Shown: one piece after another, positions 1 through 14,801 of the stretch | Layout: each line of letters begins with the position of its first letter | How positions within the stretch are numbered: the first letter of the stretch is position 1 | Assembly (NCBI GenBank): GCA_964016885.1 | Contig: OZ024745.1 | Span: 62,992,001 to 63,056,000, forward strand | Reading direction: 5' to 3' | Source of the DNA: Eledone cirrhosa | Lineage: Eukaryota | Length of the DNA: 64,000 nucleotides | Translations under genes and position numbers: made by a program | The notes under the pieces: model-generated | Told to the model about the DNA's origin: nothing | What the model saw: the letters and a program-made list of their open reading frames with translations, nothing else | Database searches by the model: none

Positions 1-645
1 ATTCATTTTCATTATTCAGGAATACATATTCAACAAAACACAGAAGCATGGCTATTTTGTTTCTATTTAAGATATTCTAGTGAAAACATTCATCATTATG
101 TATAGAAAAAGAATATTTTATGTTGATTATACATTTGAAATATAGTGATGATATCAAATCCACTTTTAAGTGTATTTGCATTTTGTAAGCATTTTAACAT
201 TCAAATATGTTGTAAAATAGAATATAGTATTAGTGCTAGAGACGAAACTAATGAATTCTCAATGATAGCTTTCTATCAATTGTATATTTGAAAGGCTAAT
301 CAAGATAGTAGATAGCATTGAACTAAAAATGTACGTTGATATACTGAAGTAGACCTATGCAAGAACTCACTATTGAGAGAGCATACAACAGTTAAATCTA
401 CCAAATGTGAGATATGTTCATGCATCTACATTTTATAGATATACTATCTTCACTAAAGCTGATATTCTTGATACAGCTAATAACTTTTAAGATCTAGAAT
501 AATATTACATAAAATAATGCGTGTATATATATATATAAACTATATATACATATATATATAAACTACATATATATAAACTATATATATATATACATATATA
601 AACATATATATATAAACTATATATATATATATACATATATAAACT

Positions 646-678
<33 letters not shown>

Positions 679-692
679 TATATATATAAGTT

Positions 693-725
<33 letters not shown>

Positions 726-731
726 ATATAT

Positions 732-837
<106 letters not shown>

Positions 838-860
838 ATATATATGTATATATATTATAT

Positions 861-1321
<461 letters not shown>

Positions 1322-3597
1322 ATGTGTTCAAATATTATTTCATCAATGATAGTAAGCGTGCCACTGTTTAATGCAAATATTTGCTACGTCAATTATAGAC
1401 CAATTTTGCAGCATATTTTAAATAAATTGGCAATAGATAGTTTAAATGATACATATCATTTCGACAACACCTATGAAAGTATAAACGCAATTTATCCTAT
1501 ATTCAATGAACAACAGGAAATATCTGGCACACTTAAGCACCAAATACGACTATTAAAATATCATTTAACCCTTATACACACAAATAACTATTATCGAAAT
1601 ATGTGCCAGCAGATCAATCAATCCACAATGCATTCTGTAGAGTTCTATATAGTCCATAATTCATAATCTTAAATGATGCAACACGCTAATCTTTTAAATT
1701 TTCTAAATTATATTGGTTGATATATTTACTACTACTAACGGAAAGTTTACTTTGAGACAAATCTGATTTTAGCATTACAAAGATGTTGCAACTGAGAATT
1801 GGTAATCAAGACGTAAAATATTTTTCCTGTGTCTTGGTATTGGTTAATGGTGACATGTAGAACAAATTTGAGAGAGAAACTTGCAATTAGGTAAGGCAAG
1901 AGAACAATTTTGAAGCTAATAAAATTAGGATGGATTGACACACCTTCGTTCTGCCTGATGAAATGTGATATCAAACGAAATACTTCAGTAATAAATTACA
2001 GAGAAATAGCAGATTATAAATGCAAAGAACCTAAAAGATTAAATATAACATTTAGAAAGTAATTTATCTATGAGTGTACAATCTGGGATCACTATTTTAT
2101 TTTGTATTAAAGCATTTAATTGTTAACTGTGTGGACAGTCAATACGACTTCTATTAAAAAAATATTCACATTTAACTATTTGTCTCTAACAAAAATGACA
2201 TAAGCAAAACATTACTTGATATCTAACAGAGGTGAAGCGTCTACATATATAAATAAATATGACAAAGCTGTCCATTATCCCGTTTAATTTCTCAACACTC
2301 TGGAACCAACCGGTATGACACATAAATTCATGTGATAGCCATGCAAGACAACCTACCACATGTTAACGTCCTCATAAAGTATATACAGTAGTCACCATAA
2401 TAATTAATTCCTATAGTATGCGACTCCACAATCAAAATTGAAATGAAAATTCAGACTGGCGTATCGTAGGTTCATATTGCCTTTTATGTTTTAGTGTTGT
2501 ATCTGATTCACTGAAAATGAGACACAACAATAGGACAATTATTGTTTAAAGTATTACTTATTGTGCTAATTTCTACTAGTTATATATTTTCCAAATCCTC
2601 AAGAACAGAGAAGTTATGAAGATATTCCATTTGAGTACAACAAATTTATGCAAAGCTGATTAAAAAATTTCAGTTGATTTGCAGAAATCTTTATACCACT
2701 AAACTGGAAGATATATCAACATATAATGTGTTATCTCGTATTGAACACTATTTGTCACACAAGGGAATTTGTAGAAAGATAATGTCGTTTCAAACTGTTT
2801 GAAGTAGAAATTATCGTTTATCTGCACAAACTCTTACTTTTGTTTGTCGCCAGTTGTTTACATGAAATGTCCGCACTTATACAGAAATTACCGTGAAAGT
2901 ATCGTGTAATTTCACAATAATTGAATCTTGGCCGGAAAAGATTTAATACGTACATATAAACTTACGCGCGCAGACACACACACGCACACACTCACACACA
3001 CACACATATAAATAGAGGTATTAATACTGTTGTACTCTCTTGCACACACACACGTACCTGCTGATCAGGTTGTGGGAGGAATGCAATTTATTTTTAAGTA
3101 TGTCAGCTAATGTTTTTGTATAACTATGGTTAATAGATAGGAGTTGCTGTTCGTTTTGTGTGTTTTATTATGATACATTGATCAAATAGATGTAAAATTA
3201 AAATAATAAAACCTCTTTTTCCACTTATCCTGTTCTTATCCTTCGGGGCAAATATGAGAGATTCAACAAATCTTACCTGTTTGCCTAGGAGAAATCAACT
3301 TGTGAACGCCCTTAGTTTAGTTTATTGCAATATTGGGTTAGAATATATTAAAATACACACAACCATTAAAATTAGTCAATGCACTCGAGGTCAACTGATT
3401 TATATATAGCAGAACCTGCATTACTACTAAATGTATGTAACAGTATTCCTGTAGACTATATCTTAAGCCTACACTTTTCTATGGGGTGACATATTAACAC
3501 ATTTACGTGTCAGAATATAGATTTGTGTGCAACAATGTTTATAGATCTCAGGGCTCATTTCTGTCTGTCTCTCCTCTTTCTCACTCAATTCTTTATA

Positions 3598-3752
3598 TAA
3601 TTGCTTCTACTTTTGGCGCAAGGCCAGCAATTATCCCAGGGCATTACTGTTGCTTTACTTTATCGAACCCGTTAGGATGAAAGGCAAAGTTAACCTCGGC
3701 GGGATTTGAACTCGGACCGTAAAGGGGCGTAACTCTACCGATACTGTCAATG
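3598..3752 (-). mobile_element. tRNA-derived SINE (family 1), internally deleted
   Basis: Matches the other copies: ggcgcaaggccagcaatt...ttatcgaacccgttaggatgaaaggcaaagttaacctcggcgggatttgaactc. Confidence 0.85.
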
Positions 3753-5584
3753 CCGATTTATACTAAATTTAGTTGTCTATTTTTCTGCTTTGTTTGCTCA
3801 TACGTATAAGACTTCCGGGTATAGTTTTTTACATTATGATACCATAATTGATTCTAATCCTTAGTCTTTAAGTTTCAGACATTGTTGGATAATGTAGACA
3901 CTGTATGATGGGTTGACTGCTACACGTTTTTAAGTTCAAGCAAGTAAATTATTACCTTCATTTATATGTTCAGTGATTCAATCGACTTTATTACATGTAG
4001 AAATAAAAATATAAATAGATCATTGCTTACAAAACTTATAATTTACAAATATCTAATCAGCATTCCCATTATTTTAATGATACTTTACATTGATCCGATA
4101 GCGTTTAAATCTGTGATTGAAATTGTCATAATATCAACTCCATTACGTACAGAAAACTTGTCTAATCAGTCATTACCTCTAAACATGGCTCATCCGGTTT
4201 AAACTGAAGACAAGTTACGTTACAAATAAATGGTGTCTTCTATTAGTTTTGAGATTCTTTCTTCAAAGTTTGGGCAAATGATTATAATCTTTATACAAAT
4301 ACATATTTGTAAAGTACGAGTCGATATAAAAGATCCCAGTACAAAAGTTGCCCCAGGTTTGTCGAAGACGGAATGAGAGAAATGAAAAGCAGCGTTGGAT
4401 TCTTTTTTTTTTAAATTCCGAACATATGATGATATAGATAATTATTACACAGTATTTATTCAAATGGCTGCCATCAACAGTAATTACCATCATCATGTCA
4501 AAGAATTTATACGATTTTCACACTGTTAATACACAGTAGTTATGTATGTATATCATAGATACATATCATGTAGTACGTGTTGCTATTATATATTGTATTG
4601 TATCACATTTGTATCAATCGCTATTTTATTTAAAGTATAGACATCATGTGGGCTATACGATTTAGTTATTGGCGTGGGATTACGAAGAGTGTGGTATTAC
4701 GAAGAGTGTGGTATTATGCTTGTCTAACTCAGGAACAAGGCACTATATCTAGAATTGTCATATACAGAATTTTGTGGATGTTTGCACTTCAATTTTCACC
4801 TATTTTACCTGAGGAATTCGACACATTGATTGCTAGATATACTTAAGTTTATTCTAATGTTTCTTTATCTTGATTCCATATCCAGATCTCAGAATTAGTC
4901 AATTATTTCGTTAATTTGTGTACAGAAAATGTTGCTGTTCAGCGAATATCTGATGACGACAACGATAATGATAACAGTGGAGAAGGATAACAGTGGCGAT
5001 AGTGATGGCAGTGATTGTGGTGGTAGTGAGAATCCTGGTGGTTGTGGTGCTGAGTGTGGTGTTTATAGCAATATTGTTTTGTTGTCTCAGTTAGCTGTGA
5101 TAGTGTTGGCAGTGGTGGCTTTGTTTTTGCGTAGTCCAGGTAGCCATGTTGCTGTTGTTGTTTTGTTGTTGTTGTGGTGGTGGTGGTGGTTGTGGTTATT
5201 GTGTAGCTTCAGAAAGTGGATTTGTTGATGTTGTTGGTGGTGGCAGTGGCGGTGATGTTGTTAGTGCTTCTGATGAAAATAACTGTGACATTAATAATTA
5301 GGGAAATATGACAGCAAAATAAAAGCAGAAGAATATAAAGAAAATAAATTACACAAAAAAATCAATATGCAAAATCCTTAAAGGTTTGTCATGAATTGTT
5401 TGTTACTTAGCAACAATAACGGCATTTCTGCTTCACAACTAGCTCGATTTATGTCTATGGTATCAGACACTCATATAGCAAGCACACTATTCTATAGCAC
5501 TTTACTTTCCACCTAGATACGGAAGGTCGAACGATGAAGGCAAAGTTAAATAGACGTTGTTTTATTAAGCGTTGACATCATTCA

Positions 5585-5628
<44 letters not shown>

Positions 5629-5854
5629 GTGTGTGTGTATGTGTGTACATGTGTATGTGATGTGTGTGCGTGTGCCTGTGTACATTGGTTGTGTGGCAGG
5701 AGAGGGTGCTTATATGTTCGTATGTGCGCCGGATTTTGTGAGATTGCATGTATGATGTGTGTACTTACATAGCTGCATACGTAGGTATGTACATATGCAT
5801 ATTTACATATGATATATATATGTATTATGAATATTTACATGAATACACACACAT

Positions 5855-5909
<55 letters not shown>

Positions 5910-5910
5910 T

Positions 5911-6263
5911 ATATTAAAATGAATTCCAACTTTGTCGAATTTAGTCGTTTTATTTACAATCCTTTAAAATTATAATGATATTATAATGAAATATTATGGT
6001 AGAATATTAAATGTTAATTGCAATTTTCAACAGTTGAAATTTGCAAACTTGACTGTCACCACTGAATATGAACCTGAAGATTGCGAAAGCATGAAAGTAC
6101 TTGTTCAATTAACATTTAACATTTAATATTCTACCATAATATTTCATTACAATATCATTATAATTTTAAAGGATTGTAAATAAAACGAGTAAATCAGACA
6201 AATTTGGAATTCCTTTTATTAATATAATCTTCTATACACAATCATACACACCTGTCTATATTT

Positions 6264-6267
<4 letters not shown>
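5911..6267 (+). mobile_element. Hammerhead-bearing fold-back module (PLE-terminus-like) in (TA)n
   Basis: Inverted arms ~5912-6020 / ~6106-6225, hammerhead between them, short unique 3' tail, (TA)n both sides. Confidence 0.8.
6069..6107 (+). ncRNA. Minimal type-I hammerhead ribozyme
   Basis: UGAAC-CUGAAGA-uUGC(GAAA)GCAu-GAAA-GUAC-UU-GUUCA: 5-bp stem I, intact core, stem II, palindromic GUAC in stem III. Confidence 0.85.
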
Positions 6268-6338
<71 letters not shown>

Positions 6339-6899
6339 CTGGTGTATGTTTTCTTGTAGAAACAGAAAAAACCCAAGATATTTGGAATTTAACTGCCCCA
6401 GTGTGTGTACTGAAGGTCTGCATAAACATTGATCCTTTTCATTTTATTTTCAGTCATATTGCGGTCTTGAAAGCCCACTATATCAATTAGAGTCCGTTTT
6501 GGGGGATTGTTTAACAACAAAATCAGCGTGGTTGTTTTCGATATTGTTTATGGTATTGATCTTGTGCTCCTAAAATAACTCTTCTCCTTCCCCTGATAGG
6601 CGGATTCAAGGGGAGTATGTTCGTACCAATGACAGTGCATTTAGATTTTGTATTTTTTGCGCAAATCACAATTGACTATTTTTGTTACAAGATCATTTTG
6701 GGAGAGGATAAAGTCGAGTACATCGACCGCAGTGTGTTACAGGTGCTTGATTTTATCGACTCCGTTTCATTTGAAAGCAGAACGTAATGGTTTTTCGACG
6801 CTCCAGATACACTGCTAATCCAGACATGTGTGCCGTACTGGTGGTCTGATACTGCTTGTGGCATCGTTGTGTCTGTGTGTTTAGAGCTTGTGTTGAGAG

Positions 6900-7830
6900 G
6901 TTAAACAGTGGGAAAGTAGAATTTCTTTTTTTACAAACCCCCTGGATTATTCTGATGTAGTCTGCTGTTGTTAATGGTTCTTCAGACGCTGCTGATAATG
7001 ATGTTGATGAACTTATTGTTGCATTGTCTTTCGTTATTGTTTCTATTCGTGTAGCTGTTGTGGCCCTGGTGTTGGTAGTAGGAGATATCTGTGTTTCTCT
7101 GCCTATTGTTGAGTCTAGAATGTTCTCATGTGACCCGCATGCTTACAAAGATTGCAACGAAGTTTCTTTCTTTCAAACCTAATATGAAGTTCTACTCCAT
7201 CCGGAAAGCGAAATAGGTTTAGGACGTTCTCCATCTTTTAGACACTCAACCCATACAAGTTTTCTATTTTAGTCCTCTTCACATCGATGAGAGTGTCGCT
7301 CAACGCGAGGGCCACGCATGCCTTGATTACACTTGATATCCAGCTCTGTTGGGATTCACTTGATATCCAGCTCTGTTGGGATTCCTGCAATTCTTACATT
7401 TACGTGTTTCTATTACGGTACGCTGGATAGAGTATGACTTTGTCTGTCCAGCAGAGGGCCACATGTTTTTTCGGCCAGGGCTTCACTCTTGAAGACGACT
7501 GAAGTAGCACCAGACTGTCTGGCTCTAGCAATATTCCTGGATATCCGGCAATATGGTTTTCAGCGCACTTTTAACCACATGAAGGTGTGCTGCTTCTGAC
7601 CCTCTAGTTTGTACTGAAATACATTTATAGGTAAGAGACTGTTTGGCAGTTGCTGCCAACACCTCGCCCAGCACAGCTATGTCGACCCTCCTTTTATTTA
7701 ATGTGACAAGTTATGCCGCTTGTGCCAAAGAGGTGTCTTTGTTCAATATGTCCAAATTGAGCATTGATACACCGACATTTATCAGGGCTGACTCAATCGC
7801 GTACACCCTTCTTTTAACAAATACTATTTT
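6900..7830 (-). pseudogene. Decayed L1/Tx1-like LINE ORF1 (gag-like) fragment
   Basis: Minus-strand translation gives VNVRIAGIPTELDIK and FPDGVELHIRFERKKLRCNLCKHAGHMRTF (CX2CX4H knuckle at ~7130-7156), with stops and frameshifts; 27-bp tandem duplication at 7330-7383. Confidence 0.55.
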
Positions 7831-8891
7831 TTGCTACATGAAAATTAGTTATTTATATATATATCATTAAATCATTAAATCATTCAAATATTTTGTAGTT
7901 TATTGTATTTGGTGACTTTAATATGTTCGCATAAATAGTGCTGATGTTAATGTTTTAAAAGCCCAAAAAATCTGAAAGCGTATGTCGGAATTACATCTAT
8001 ATATGTTAATTTGTCAATATTTCTACCAATTAAGAATAGGTGATAAAAGATCTAGATTCTCGAGAAAGGTTGTTAGATAGGCTCTACGGACACATTTCTG
8101 AATTGTGCAATAAGTTGCACTTTTATGTATAGCATAATATGAATTTGTCTGATATACATTTTTGAAACGCCGTAAGTAATATAATGCATTATAGTTCACT
8201 ATAATGTTATTTTATATCACTAGTCGACGCTGCATCCTTCTTCACTACAACACATTTAATGATCTGTAGATAATCTCAATGACAAGAAAATCACAACACC
8301 AGAAAGTGGTAGAGATATGTGGAGCTGCCTTTGTTTAACACATACACGTACAAATGCGAAACATAATGCCAAGCATTAGTTAATGGATTTTCGAACACCA
8401 GCGGAGCTGGGCGTGTATATTTGTATATGGAGTAGAATAACATATCTGCTTACAAATACACAAGTAGATATTTCAGCTTCAACTACTGCCTGCGTGTAAG
8501 CCAAATGCTCGAGGCAATGCCATATTTAACTGCATATCAACCTAAGAATGTGGCCGTTTAAAGTTAGTTTTGCACATAGATAAATCATCAAGTGTCTGTA
8601 TGAAAGCCGATGGGAGATCATCTAAATAAATTATTGGTAGAGAGGGGCTCAGACAGTATAAATGCACATTTATTGTCAGGGTTGATGTGTGATTAAGTAA
8701 CAGCAGTGTAAAAGTATAAGCTATTTTAAATATTAATCTGCTATCTACGATTTACACGTTGATACAATGTGTTAGGCATACATTTAGTGACGCACTTACG
8801 AAAACGAATATGTACTGCCAGTAATTAATATGGACTATGTGAGGGATTCTAGGTGGTAGATATAAATACAGCTTAGTATTATGCTGACTAT

Positions 8892-8923
<32 letters not shown>

Positions 8924-9235
8924 CAGTTCAAGAGAAACCAATCTTAAAGAGAGAGATGGAGATAGGAGAGGCGATAGGAGAGGCGATAGAAGAGGAGAGA
9001 TTGGTGAATTAGTTAGAAGCTAAAGAGTAAAGGAATGTGCTCAATGTGCAATATGCAGTGGGAAGCAGCTAGGTGGCTGGGTTCATGCAGAGGTTAGGTG
9101 CGCAGAGCTGGAAATATTCATTAGTTAAGCAAAACAAGACCACAAATTTCACAAGGAAGACATTATTAAAAGATTGTCAACATATTTTAGTTTGATGTAA
9201 GGAATGTAGAGAATAATAATACTAATATTAATAAT

Positions 9236-9421
9236 AATTGTTTCTACGTTAGGCACAAGGCCAGCAATTACCCAGTGTATTACTGGTACTTTATTTTATC
9301 GACCCCGTAAGGATGAAATGCAAAGTTAACCTCGGCGGGATTTGAACTCAGAATGGCAAGGGCCGTAACTCTATGCGTCAAAGCATGGCGTCCGACCCTC
9401 TACCAATACTGCCAATCCACC
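9236..9421 (-). mobile_element. Full-length tRNA-derived SINE (family 1) with 16-bp TSD
   Basis: A and B boxes on minus strand; TAATATTAATAATAAT at 9223-9238 and 9423-9438. Confidence 0.9.
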
Positions 9422-9745
9422 ATAATATTAATAATAATAATATCCGTTTACAATTGTTTCGCTACTCCATAGGCAGATCTCACACAATGCTGCCTCGACA
9501 GATGATTACTGCTTGATTATGGCAGACAATTGATACACCCAGGACACCATAGTGAAATATCAATATATGGAACATTAAATTATGTAACATTCTTTCCTTA
9601 GTTTAATTTATATTCCTTTGAAGTTCCGATGAGACGTTCTGTCTTTAAATATGTTAATTATTTTCAACTGAACCAGATCAATAATGATATATACTCATTT
9701 GATCCAGAAATATTATATGGAGTAGCGAAACAACTGTAAACGGAC

Positions 9746-9853
9746 AATCCCGTCGAGGTTAACTTTGCCTTTCATCCTTACGGGGTCGATAAAATAAAGT
9801 ACCAGTAATACACTGGGTAATTGGTGGCCTTGTGCCAAAAGTAGAAACAATTA
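9746..9853 (+). mobile_element. 5'-truncated SINE family 1 (inverted duplicate of the 9.2 kb copy)
   Basis: aatcccgtcgaggttaactttgcctttcatccttacggggtcgataaaataaagtaccag...gtagaaacaattatt. Confidence 0.88.
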
Positions 9854-9965
9854 TTATTAATATTATTATTATTATTCTCTACATTTCTACATCAAACTAA
9901 AATATGTTGGCAATCTTTTAATAATGTCTTCCTTGTGAATTTGTGGTCTTGTTTTGCTTAACTAA

Positions 9966-10009
<44 letters not shown>

Positions 10010-10010
10010 T

Positions 10011-10638
10011 GAAAAGTGTAATTTTCTACACAAAACGAAGGTTATACAGAAAATTGAGGTTGGTAATGGCACATGGAATATATAAGAGACAGAATACTTT
10101 TTTGTGAAAAAACATATAATTTTATAAGGTAAGGAAATAATAAAGGGTATAAAAAATGACCGGTTTCGATGGGTCTGCATAAGCCATCTTTTCAAATGTT
10201 GATTAATATTAAGAAAAATTAATAATACGAAGAGTTAAAATTTGAGATTTGAAAATTCAAGTATAAAATTCATTGTGGGATTTCATAGTAGTTTTCATCT
10301 AGGTAGCAACAAGTTGACTGCTGTGTCCCTTTCTGGTAGTGATTCACTACCAGAAAGGGAAACAGCAGTCAACTTGTTGCTACCTAGATGAAAACTACTA
10401 TGAAATCCCACAATGAATTTTATACTTGAATTTTCAAATCTCAAATTTTAACTCTTCGTATTATTAATTTTTCTTAATATTAATCAACATTTGAAAAGAT
10501 GGCTTTTGCAGACCCATCGAAACCGGTCATTTTTTATACCCTTTATTATTTCCTTACCTTATAAAATTATATGTTTTTTCACAAAAAAGTATTCTGTCTC
10601 TTATATATTCCATGTGCCATTACCAACCTCAATTTTCT
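10011..10638 (-). mobile_element. Near-perfect 591-bp palindrome module with degenerate hammerheads, in (TA)n
   Basis: Arms 10048-10342 / 10344-10638 with 1-nt spacer and two mismatches seen; UUGAAAA-GAUGG...CCAUC-GAAA-CCGG-UC at 10491-10528 and its mirror at ~10158-10195. Confidence 0.85.
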
Positions 10639-10823
10639 CTATATATACATATATATACATATAACATACATATATATATATGTGTGTGTGTGTGTGAGTG
10701 TGTATATATATATGTATGTGTGCATATATATATAACATATATATATGTGTATATATATATATATATATGTTATATATATATATATGTGTATATATATGTG
10801 TGTGTGTGTGTATATATGTGTGT

Positions 10824-10924
<101 letters not shown>

Positions 10925-12253
10925 GCGTGCGTGCGGATGGTGTGCAATCTCTCGCATCTAAGCCCATGCAATAATATACGTTGCCGGAGTCTCAACCCTA
11001 CCGCAATGGGATATATGCATCATTGATTCTGACGATAGAAATAATATTACTACTTCCCTATCCTGTTATATTTGATTGCAGATTTCACTCTATGCTTCTT
11101 TCATTTATGCCAATGTTCTTCCTTATATTTGTGACGTTTGATTTTAAAGTAAAAAGCAAATTCACTGGAAACACATCAAGTGAATAGATTAGATATTACA
11201 GTGTAGTTACGTAACAATGAAAATAGGAAATAACAATTCGACCAATTTCCCAGAATATAATCTCTTTAGGAATTGTATGAACATGTTTAATTGTTTTCTC
11301 TCTTTCTCACACTCACAGACCCCCCCCACACACACACACACGCACATGTATACACACGCCCACCCCCCACACACAGACACAAACACACACGGACACACAA
11401 ACACACGCATAAGAGAAGCTTCCGTGATGTGTGAAACAGTAAGCAACATTACATATTTTTCAATATTTTATGAAAGTGCTTTGTACAATAACAATTACGA
11501 TATGAAAAATACGAACAGCAATAGCAAGAAAAAACAACAACAAGAGATTTACGAGAAAATAATATGATGCTACAATGTGCTAGCATATTTCAGTTAACCT
11601 CTGATGTTCTGTGTTGTAACATATTCGAAAACAACACCGATGCATTCAAATTTTAATTTCATATTCTGTAACTCGCTCTACAAAATGTGTGACCTAAAAA
11701 TGTTAATATCAGTGACTCTGTTGGAGTTAGTCGCATGGACTGGTACGGTTAATTACTGAGGTCTCCGTAAAAATTGCTTTAATTGAGTTATATAGATTAG
11801 CACGTAGTTCTGAATTAGAATTCTTCAGTCAGCTTCTATAAAAGTAGATTCTCAACCACTCCATAATTTGATTTATAAACATACCATTTCCAGAGTGTAT
11901 TCAAATGCCATTGACAAAACACACGCAAACGTTTAGTACTCACTACAACACATTTAGTGTAACAAGCAACGACAAATGAAATAGTATTTTATATGTTTAG
12001 CTCCTCAAATATGATCTTTATAGATGACGACGTTTGTACATAAGAATTGTAATAACAGATTATTTTCAAAAGGGGATAGGAAATAGTAAAAATTCACACC
12101 TTCATAAATGCATTTGATAATTATTTATGAAGAGAAAATAACCAAGAAGGTATGTAATTATTAAGGTAAAGGGCCAAGTGTTGACTCAATTCGTTTTCTT
12201 CAAATTTAGTCACGGTTAACAAAATGAAAAGTTTATCGGATTCTAAAGGAAAA

Positions 12254-12370
12254 TTCTTCTTCTTCTTCTTCTTCTTCTTCTTCTTCTTCTTCTTCTTCTT
12301 CTTCTTCTTCTTCTTCTTCTTCTTCTTCTTCTTCTTCTTCTTCTTCTTCTTCTTCTTCTTCTTCTTCTTT
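12254..12370. repeat. (TTC)n microsatellite
   Basis: Read directly; source of the poly-F/poly-K ORFs. Confidence 0.98.
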
Positions 12371-12733
12371 CTGGAAGAAGTCAAAAGTAGCCATACATAC
12401 CCAACATACATGAGTTTCCTAACGACACCATCAGAAGTTGAGAGATCAACAGTGGAAGGAAACTGATATGAGGTAAAACCTCCATAATCGATGTATTCCT
12501 TCGTGGAGACTAATTACATGTTGAAGATTTTGTCGCTGTTTAGTATATCGTAAGAATATCAATTTTCAAGCAATTAATGCATGGAACCGAGTTCAACGTA
12601 CATGATAATGTGGCATTTGTTAATTATATTAAGTATTTTCTGTTTCCGCAAATTAAATGTACCGCTGAAGCTACCATTAATGTATGTAGAATGCTGCTCT
12701 TGAAAATACCACAGGCAGCCAGTACAAACTATT

Positions 12734-12920
12734 GGTGGATTGGCAGTACCGGTAGAGGGTCGGACGCCATGCTTTCTAGCATAGTTACGTCCCTTTACGA
12801 TCTGAGTTCAAATCCCGCCGAGGTTGACTTTGCCTTTCATCCTTACAGGGTCGATAAAATAAAGTACCAGTAATGCACTGGGTAGTTGCTGGCCTTGTGC
12901 CTAAAGTAGAAACAATTATT
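12734..12920 (+). mobile_element. Full-length tRNA-derived SINE (family 1)
   Basis: A box TGGCAGTACCGG, B box GAGTTCAAATCC, central GCCTTTCATCCTT..GGGTCGATAAAAT domain (resembles, from memory, the Meta-SINE domain), ATT tail. Confidence 0.9.
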
Positions 12921-14130
12921 ACTGTTGGTAGATATTACTAAATATAATTCAACATTTTTTTTTAAATCTTAAGGATCACTATTGTAAAAGTGAATGATAA
13001 ATTGAAATGCGGAAAAATTAGAACGATTCACAATTGTTTTGAATTCAAAGATAGCTATTTCTGGTTCATGTCATTTTGTTCTCTGTTCTTTTCAAAGCAG
13101 CACATGGTTCAATAGCATACTTCAACTGGCTGACTGGCTAGCTGGCTGGCTTGTCTGATAATATGAAATCTTAGTATTGTTGTATGTAGACGCTCTAATT
13201 AATTTGACCTACGGCGCCAATGATGGGTACTAATTGTGACATGACTGTAAGCTTCCTAATTATGATGATACTAACGATAGAGGTTGACAGATAAGCACGG
13301 CTTTATTTAGAAATAAAAACACAAAGGGCAGTAAGTAAATTGAAGTAAAACTTGGTACAACACTTCTGCATTGCTTTAGAAGCAATCAAGATATAAAAAA
13401 AAATACATCTGTACTTAAAGAAAGGAAATGAATAAAACAAAAATGTAGAACATGTCAATTAGTAGTGTTGATATTTTTTCATGTATTTTAATAGGTTGAT
13501 TCTAATTTCACCATGCAATTGTTTCAATACACTCAATTGGAAAATTCACTTTAAAACTTTATTGAGAAGACCTTTATAATTTCTCTCTATTTTTAGCAAG
13601 TCAATATCATTTGATTGATATTGTGTATTCTCAAATTCAATTGATCTTATCTCTCTCTCACGTAGAAGCTAATATCCGTGTGACATACATACACGCAGCC
13701 TTGTTTCTAACTGCAAACTACTTCCATTTACGTCACGAATACTCATAAGGAAGGGTTAATGTTTATTCCAATATCCAATAGCTCTCTTTTAGTATTTAAG
13801 GTGTTTGCCATTTTTTTATAGTAAAGAGTTAGAGCAAAAGAATAGTTGACGTAGGACATATGACAAATTATCTCAACTAAATATCGACTATAAAATAACT
13901 AGAATATCCTCTTTTAGGTATTGACGACTCCCATGCTAGACGTTCCATTTTATGACCACTCACTCGTATAATTTGTGCGTTCAGTTTGGGATACAGTAAT
14001 GACAATATTTATGGAAACAGCACCGATGTGCTAATTCATAATCTGGTATGGATAGATCATTAGTTAGATGTGGAATTGGAAGTGAATTCCTGTCGTCATA
14101 CGAACGTTACCATATAGATAAACAGGCATA

Positions 14131-14236
<106 letters not shown>

Positions 14237-14686
14237 TCTCTCTCCTCACTCTCTCTATGTGAAAGACGAAAGTGATAATGGTTGGCAGTGGGCAGAGCCA
14301 TATAATTTTAATTGGTGAGTGGGAGGCAGATGGACTTGAAGGTGGGTCCGTGGTGGTTAGTGAAAAGATTGGTGAGATTCGCAGGATAAAGGAGTATATA
14401 GAATACACATAAATATACAAACATACACAAATATATCTATGCATACATACACACAGAAACCAGATATGCAGGGGTTAATGTATATGTAAAAACACACAAA
14501 TATACCTATATATAAAAGACATACAAGGGAATATATAAAAAGAAATATTTAAAATAAGTTATAAAATATAAAAACATATACCAATGCGTATACAAGATGC
14601 ATGTACGTGTATGCATACCTAAACACACACACACCCACACAAACACACACACATACACACACACACATATATATATACACATACAG

Positions 14687-14727
<41 letters not shown>

Positions 14728-14750
14728 CACACACACACACACACACACAA

Positions 14751-14801
<51 letters not shown>

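Larger units (their letters stand above)
9114..9972. mobile_element. Large inverted-repeat module with degenerate hammerhead and a SINE in both arms
   Basis: 9114-~9342 is the reverse complement of ~9746-9972, and 9443-9471 of 9716-9744; gtt-CCGATGA (9623-9632) ... GAAA-CAACTG-TA-AAC (~9727-9741). Confidence 0.75.

Noticed and set aside
1747-1990. SIHPNF..LPYL peptide (PLE RT-like) and CTGATGA...GAAA at ~1955-1985
   Set aside because: Peptide match too short; stems I and II do not pair convincingly
3272-3300. Possible 8-nt minus-strand microexon (ctag|GCAAACAG|gtaag)
   Set aside because: Such splice motifs occur by chance in 64 kb; no supporting exons
4680-4716. 17-bp tandem duplication
   Set aside because: Ordinary slippage; two units only, not a CRISPR-like array
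4929-5228. 99-aa ORF with a hydrophobic, transmembrane-like stretch
   Set aside because: Derived from a degenerate (GTT/GGT/GAT)n trinucleotide tract
12734-12820. tRNA-like A and B boxes (also 46421-46490)
   Set aside because: SINE heads; no complete cloverleaf, and followed by SINE bodies
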